Positions 58,098-64,000 of a DNA stretch of 64,000 bases are shown here, piece by piece. The notes beneath the pieces were generated by a model. The model ran no database searches and was not told the DNA's origin. It was given only the letters and a program-made list of their open reading frames with translations. The stretch's first letter is position 1. Each line of letters starts with the position of its first letter. A program made the position numbers and the translations under genes. Source of the DNA: Octopus vulgaris (taxonomy: Eukaryota); assembly GCA_951406725.2 (NCBI GenBank), contig OX597817.1, positions 70,928,001 through 70,992,000 of the forward strand, given 5' to 3'.

Positions 58098-58144
58098 TAT
58101 GTATATATGTATATATATATGTACATATATATATATATATGTAC

Positions 58145-58191
<47 letters not shown>

Positions 58192-58231
58192 TGTATATAT
58201 ACATATATATATATATATTTACATGCAAACA

Positions 58232-58301
<70 letters not shown>

Positions 58302-58667
58302 TATACCGTTCTATTCACTTTTGTAAATATAGCACGTAAGATGATAACATTGTTTATAAGCTGGCATGTAATAAATGTATTGGCACAACAGACACAAACA
58401 TTACAAATAATATACACCAAACAAACATATACACATAAACTATCAAGACAACAGTTGAGCTGAATTAAATTTCTTCATAAACAGAAACGTGAAAGAGGAA
58501 ATTGGATTGAACATGATTCAATGCAGACAACAAAAACTGTATTTTCTGGCAGTTTTAACGTTGCGATGAATACTTTACATTGGAAATGACATATTTAACC
58601 GCTCGTAGCTCTGGAGTTCTGGTAAAACGAGATTTTAAGGTGAGGGAGAAGTATTTGTATCTGTTTA

Positions 58668-59112
58668 TCTTTTACGTGTTTCAGTCGTTTCACTACGGCC
58701 ATGTTGCGGCTCCTCGTTACAGAATTTTTAATCGAATATATAGACCCCATCTCAGGACTTTTTTGTTGTTGTTGTTGTTGTTTTTGAAAACCGGTACTTA
58801 TTCTATCGGGGTTTTTGTTACCGAACCGATAAGTTACGGAGATGTAAACACACCAACACCGAATGTCAAGAGCTTATGGGGAACGAACACTGACACAAAA
58901 ACATACACACAAACGCGCGCACGCACACACATATATATATATATACGACGGGCTTATACAACGGGCTTCTTTCAGTTCCCATCTTCCAAATCTACTCACA
59001 AGGCCTCAGTTGGACCAAGGCTTTAGCAGAAGACACTTGTCCAAGGTGTCACGCATTGAGCCTGAATCTGAAACCATGTGAGTGCGAGGGAAGCTTGTTA
59101 CCACACAGCCAC
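58668..59112 (-). mobile_element. SINE family A, diverged full length
   Basis: Same architecture as other copies. Confidence 0.8.
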
Positions 59113-59829
59113 GTCTGTGCCTATAATAACTTTATTTTATTTATCATTTAAATATCAAGAGGCTCTTATTAACATATTTATAACAACAAGCTTTTCAATC
59201 CTTCCTCACCAGTCTGATTGATATCCTTTCTGCTCCCATAGTGGAGGACAGCTTCGGAAAAGCGTTGTGGTTTTCGGGACTCGTCGGGCCCTCGCCTGAC
59301 GTCGTCATCCCGTATGCTTCCTCTGCATTCATCTAAGAATTTATCAAGTGTCAAAAAAGCAATGATGATCTAAGGATTATTGTTACTTCTAGTGTTTCTT
59401 GCCGTGTTTGTTGTATTACATTAATGAGGGCGCGGTACGCTGTGTACCTATTCAGACAACTTCGATTTAATGTAGGAAATTTTATGGAGCCAATGTTTTG
59501 AGCAAACATTTGATCACTGTATACAAATCATTTGTGCACTATGTTCATAAAAGGATTGTAGAATTGCCTTTCTTGTTGCTTGTCACATTGTGGTACAAAC
59601 CTGTTCGTAAGCGTGTGATGCCATAATTCTATTACCTTGTCACTTCTTTGATCTTAAACACAAAGCACCCACTTCCATATGCACCGATCTGTCGATGGAG
59701 TACACATTGTGCCACCCTAATTTGGATTTTTTTCAGCTGCCCTTTTCTGAGCATATGAAATCCACATTTGTTTTTATGTTTTTTGCAAGACAGTGGTCTG
59801 TTACTTCCCCTAAAACTGTTCCTGTGTAA

Positions 59830-60130
59830 GGCGGTGAGCTGGCAGAATTGTTAGCACGCCGGACAAAATGCTTACCAGCATTTCGTCCGTCTTTACCTTC
59901 AGAGTTCAAATTCCGCCGAGATCGACTTTGCTTTCATTCTTTCAAGGTCGATAAAATAAGTATTAGTTGAGCACTGGGGTATCGATGCAATCGACTTGCC
60001 CCTTTCTAGGAACTGCTGGCTTTGTGCCAAAATTTGAAGCCAATATATCTACATAAGTACCAGTTGATGTAACCGTCTTAGCCCCTCATCTGGAATTACT
60101 GGTCTTGTGCCAATATTTGAAATTAATATT
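59830..60130 (+). mobile_element. SINE family B with two successive tails
   Basis: ggcggtgagctggcaga head and Meta-like body; first tail shared with 6330-6392, then a second tail. Confidence 0.85.
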
Positions 60131-61049
60131 AGGAGCCACAGAGAAATTCTTGACAAGGGTCAGTTCTCAGAAAGAATACACACGCACACACATACATACA
60201 CGCACACGTGCACACACACATACACGAAGACGCGCACACACACACATACACGCACACGCGCGCACCCATAAGGGAGATATGTTACGAAGTTACTCAGGGA
60301 AACACCCAGGAACATATATTGGTTTCAAAATTTGGCACAAGACCAGCAATTTCTGGGAGGGGGTAAGTCGATTACATCACCCGCCAATAATTGGATAAGT
60401 ACCAAAGAGTTTGACCAGAACATACACAAACGCTCCCCAAAACACACACGTCCTAGTACGCGGACGTCCGCCCAACAGATTTCTCCCCACCCCACTATAA
60501 GCTCCACCACATACTGTATCCCTACACATACTGCATGCATACATAAATGCCCTAAGAATTTAACCAAAATATAAAAGAAAGAAAATGCACTAACGAGCAC
60601 AGATATGTTTAGACTCCCGCAAAGAATATACCACTACACACATTCCATTTCCACAGGAACACCAATCTTAAAGATACACACATTTCCAGAAAACTCTCGC
60701 CGACTTGCAACAAAGCCACCAGCAATGATGTTTTTGATCCCAAGGGAAATAACTCTTAACAAACTCCTGCTCAATTCCTTTCATCATCTTTTTCACAGCA
60801 ACCACAAACCAAACGTCGCTTTATTTCATTCCACAACGACTATTTCTAAAGAGCGCAGGGTTACATAATCGGACTGTTAACTAACACACCGTTGAACCCC
60901 TATTGCGAAACCGATTGGTAAGATCGGTTGTAATAGATATATAATACTGTACACTTCGATTAATATATATGCATATCAATAATTATATATAGACAACCCC
61001 ATGAAGAAATAGAAACGAGAAGAAACAACACATGTCAACTGAACGCGCG

Positions 61050-61107
<58 letters not shown>

Positions 61108-61530
61108 TACTGATGAGTTAAAATAGTTTCAAGCAAATTAGCTTGTTAGAAAATCTCTATAAGAAATGAGAGCAAGAACTATGCTGAGAAATAATTTTTA
61201 TCGCCACGTAAACATGGCTGTTCCTAGGAAGTGACGTTACTGCTATTCTTAACCCCCAGGAGGACGCCTCCTCCAGCTGGATATTCGATGCAATCTGAAC
61301 TCAATCTATATTGCAAGCAGGGGAGAGAAACACTATCATCTTCTAACCACGGGATCACCAGACCGTACGATCTCGACCTCTTTATGGACATCCTCGGTGG
61401 TGGATACTCGTTCGCTAGAGATAGCAGTAATTCACTCGAGATCGCGATATGTAGAGATCAAGTGATATACAATTACTGATCTTGGAACGAACAAATTAGC
61501 TGGTTAGAAAATCTCTATAAGGGATGAAAG

Positions 61531-61936
61531 CAGGCCCTAAGCAATTAAAAGATTTTGGTGCCCCCATAAAAGATTATGTAATTCAAAACATAAGCAATGA
61601 CAAATCATAAAATAATTTTTCTATTTTTCAAAACGAAACAAAACAGTAAGAGGAAAATTAATGTTTATTTTTGTTTAATTCCACTTTATTTATATTTGAA
61701 AAGTTTCCTCCTACTTTTTTGAATTGCAAAGTCTTTGATCAGATCCTCAAAATTATTCTTAGGTAACACATCTGTGTCTTTACTTAGTAGAGATAAAGGA
61801 TCCCGAATATTATTTTAGCAAGTTTAAAGTGATTTCTTTTGTGCCGTAAACCATTTACTATTCCTGTGGTGCCCCCGCTTTCCTTTTTGATGCCCTGAGC
61901 TCGTGCTTATTTTACTTAATGGTTAATCCAGCGCCG
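61531..61936 (-). mobile_element. Internally deleted hAT element with imperfect 8-bp TSD
   Basis: Flanks gatgaaag (61523-61530) / gatgagag (61937-61944); ggtgccccc subterminal motifs; minus strand FEDLIKDFAIQKSRRK (hAT C-terminus). Confidence 0.7.
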
Positions 61937-62152
61937 GATGAGAGCAGTAACTAAGTATAGTTATTTCTCAGTTTCGTTTCGTTTCTCTGCTATGATGTAC
62001 CATGGAACATGAATATATACATTATAATAGTAAATGCGCGCGCGTGCGGGCACAAATATGTGAAAGCAAAAAGAAAGATACTTTCCTTTCATGAAACAAA
62101 TCGTTTTAAAACCTAACTTCCGCAGAACAATTTGGAAGACGTCCATACATTT

Positions 62153-62190
<38 letters not shown>

Positions 62191-62921
62191 AATGATAATC
62201 GTTACTCTATTTGTCACAAAGACGACAGATGCAACAAGGTCAACACAAGGACAAATAGCAAAAAACCCCAGGGGGTTACATAGAATAGTGTATGAGAAAA
62301 AGAAAGCACGAAAAAGAACGTTATAAAAGTAAATAAAATAAAAAATGCAAACACGGGCAATGTCGCCTGGGGCTAATCAGGGTCATCTCCACTCCATTAT
62401 AACCCCTTATGGATCATGGATTCCCCTTAATACCATCATGGGGTGTGCTGCCTCCCTTAAGCGCCGTGTTTCTCCAAGCCAACAGACGCATACTCAAAAT
62501 AGCATAATTTACTCGGCCTTTACTCCTTACGTTCACCCACATTTCAGCAAATAAAATGGAGGCCTGCTCCACCCTCTCCATCCTCAATAGGAATATTGAA
62601 TGATAGCTGTTTTTCAGATATCATGTGTAAAATGTATGTTTTGGTATGTGAATTTTTACTGCTAAGGTTTGCAGCTTTTCAGAAGTAAATATGTAGGTGG
62701 TGGTGAACTAATTTTGCTACACATACCAGTACACAATATTGTGCACATTCACACACATGCCACACATAAGTACATGCATATATAAATGCACACATATGGA
62801 TATTAATATATACCCCCACACACACATACACATGCTCACATATAGATATCTTTATTTACATACATATGTTTGTGTATACACATACAGCGTGAATGCGTTT
62901 GCATGCATGTATATAGTCAAG

Positions 62922-63024
<103 letters not shown>

Positions 63025-63136
63025 GTGCATATACATGTATACATACATATATATACATCTATACACACAAATACATAATCATGTAATATATATATATACG
63101 TTATATGCATATGTGTAGATTTATATATGCATGTGT

Positions 63137-63219
<83 letters not shown>

Positions 63220-63558
63220 TATATGTGTGTATATACATATATGTATAAACACATATGAAATTGTGTGTGTGTGTGTGTGCATGAGTACATTACATAGAAG
63301 TAATTAGGTATTGCCTATGTGCGTATCATTTATGTGTGCATCATACCACCCGCGCTGTGTTTCTCTCTGTAAACACCCTGCTTACTACGCAGACAACCAA
63401 CCACGACATGCAGAACTTCGTTCCCAAGACTGACGACGCCCTTTCGTATACGTATCCTCATGACTTTCTGTCTTGAGTATAGCCCACAACAAAATGTATA
63501 CAAATATTCAAGCTACACTAAGCTCAACATCCACTATTAAATCATTATTATTGTTGTT

Positions 63559-63600
<42 letters not shown>

Positions 63601-63633
63601 GCTGTTGTTATTATTATTATTGTTTTTATTAAT

Positions 63634-64000
63634 GCGGCGAGCTGTCAGGATCGGAAGCACACCGGGCGAAATGTTTAGCGGTATTTCTTCTGCCGTTACA
63701 TTCTGAGTTCAAATTCCGCCAAGGTCGACTTTGCCTTTCATCCTTTTGGGGTCGATTAAATAAGTACCAGTTACGCACTGGGTCGATGTAATCGACTTAA
63801 TCTGTTTGTCTGTCCTTGTTTGTCCCTTCTGTGTTTAGCTCCATGTGGGTAGTAAAGAAATAGGCATTTCGTCTGCTGCTACGTGCTGAGTTCAAATTCC
63901 GCCGAGGTCGACTTTGCCTTTCATCCTTTTGGGGTCGATTAAATAAGTACCAGTTACGCACTGGGGTCGATATAATCGACTTAATCCGTTTGTCTGTCCT
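63634..64000 (+). mobile_element. SINE family B head-to-tail multimer (runs off the window)
   Basis: Second unit restarts at 63863 after aaagaaata, as at 2235. Confidence 0.88.

Overview
Eukaryotic, AT-rich, extremely microsatellite-dense DNA with no recognisable intact host gene. Its SINE families and repeat style suggest an octopus/coleoid cephalopod genome (inference). Nearly all ORFs in the track are translated microsatellites. The real content is transposon debris: (1) two abundant tRNA-derived SINE families, plus V-like and CORE-like SINEs; (2) a truncated RTE LINE reverse transcriptase (28.4-30.0 kb); (3) Tx1, CRE and R4/Dong-type LINE fragments; (4) Penelope-like (PLE) remnants; (5) mariner, maT (DD37D) and hAT relics, MITEs and non-autonomous Helitrons. 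The most notable observations are: hammerhead-ribozyme-bearing palindromes inserted in (TA)n; a Tx1 LINE found twice inside (TATC)n whose 3' tail is shared with a multimer-forming SINE; a 1.1-kb near-perfect palindrome; and a ~265-bp inverted copy of nearby DNA inserted with a 9-bp target-site duplication. Boundaries and alignments were made by eye and are approximate.
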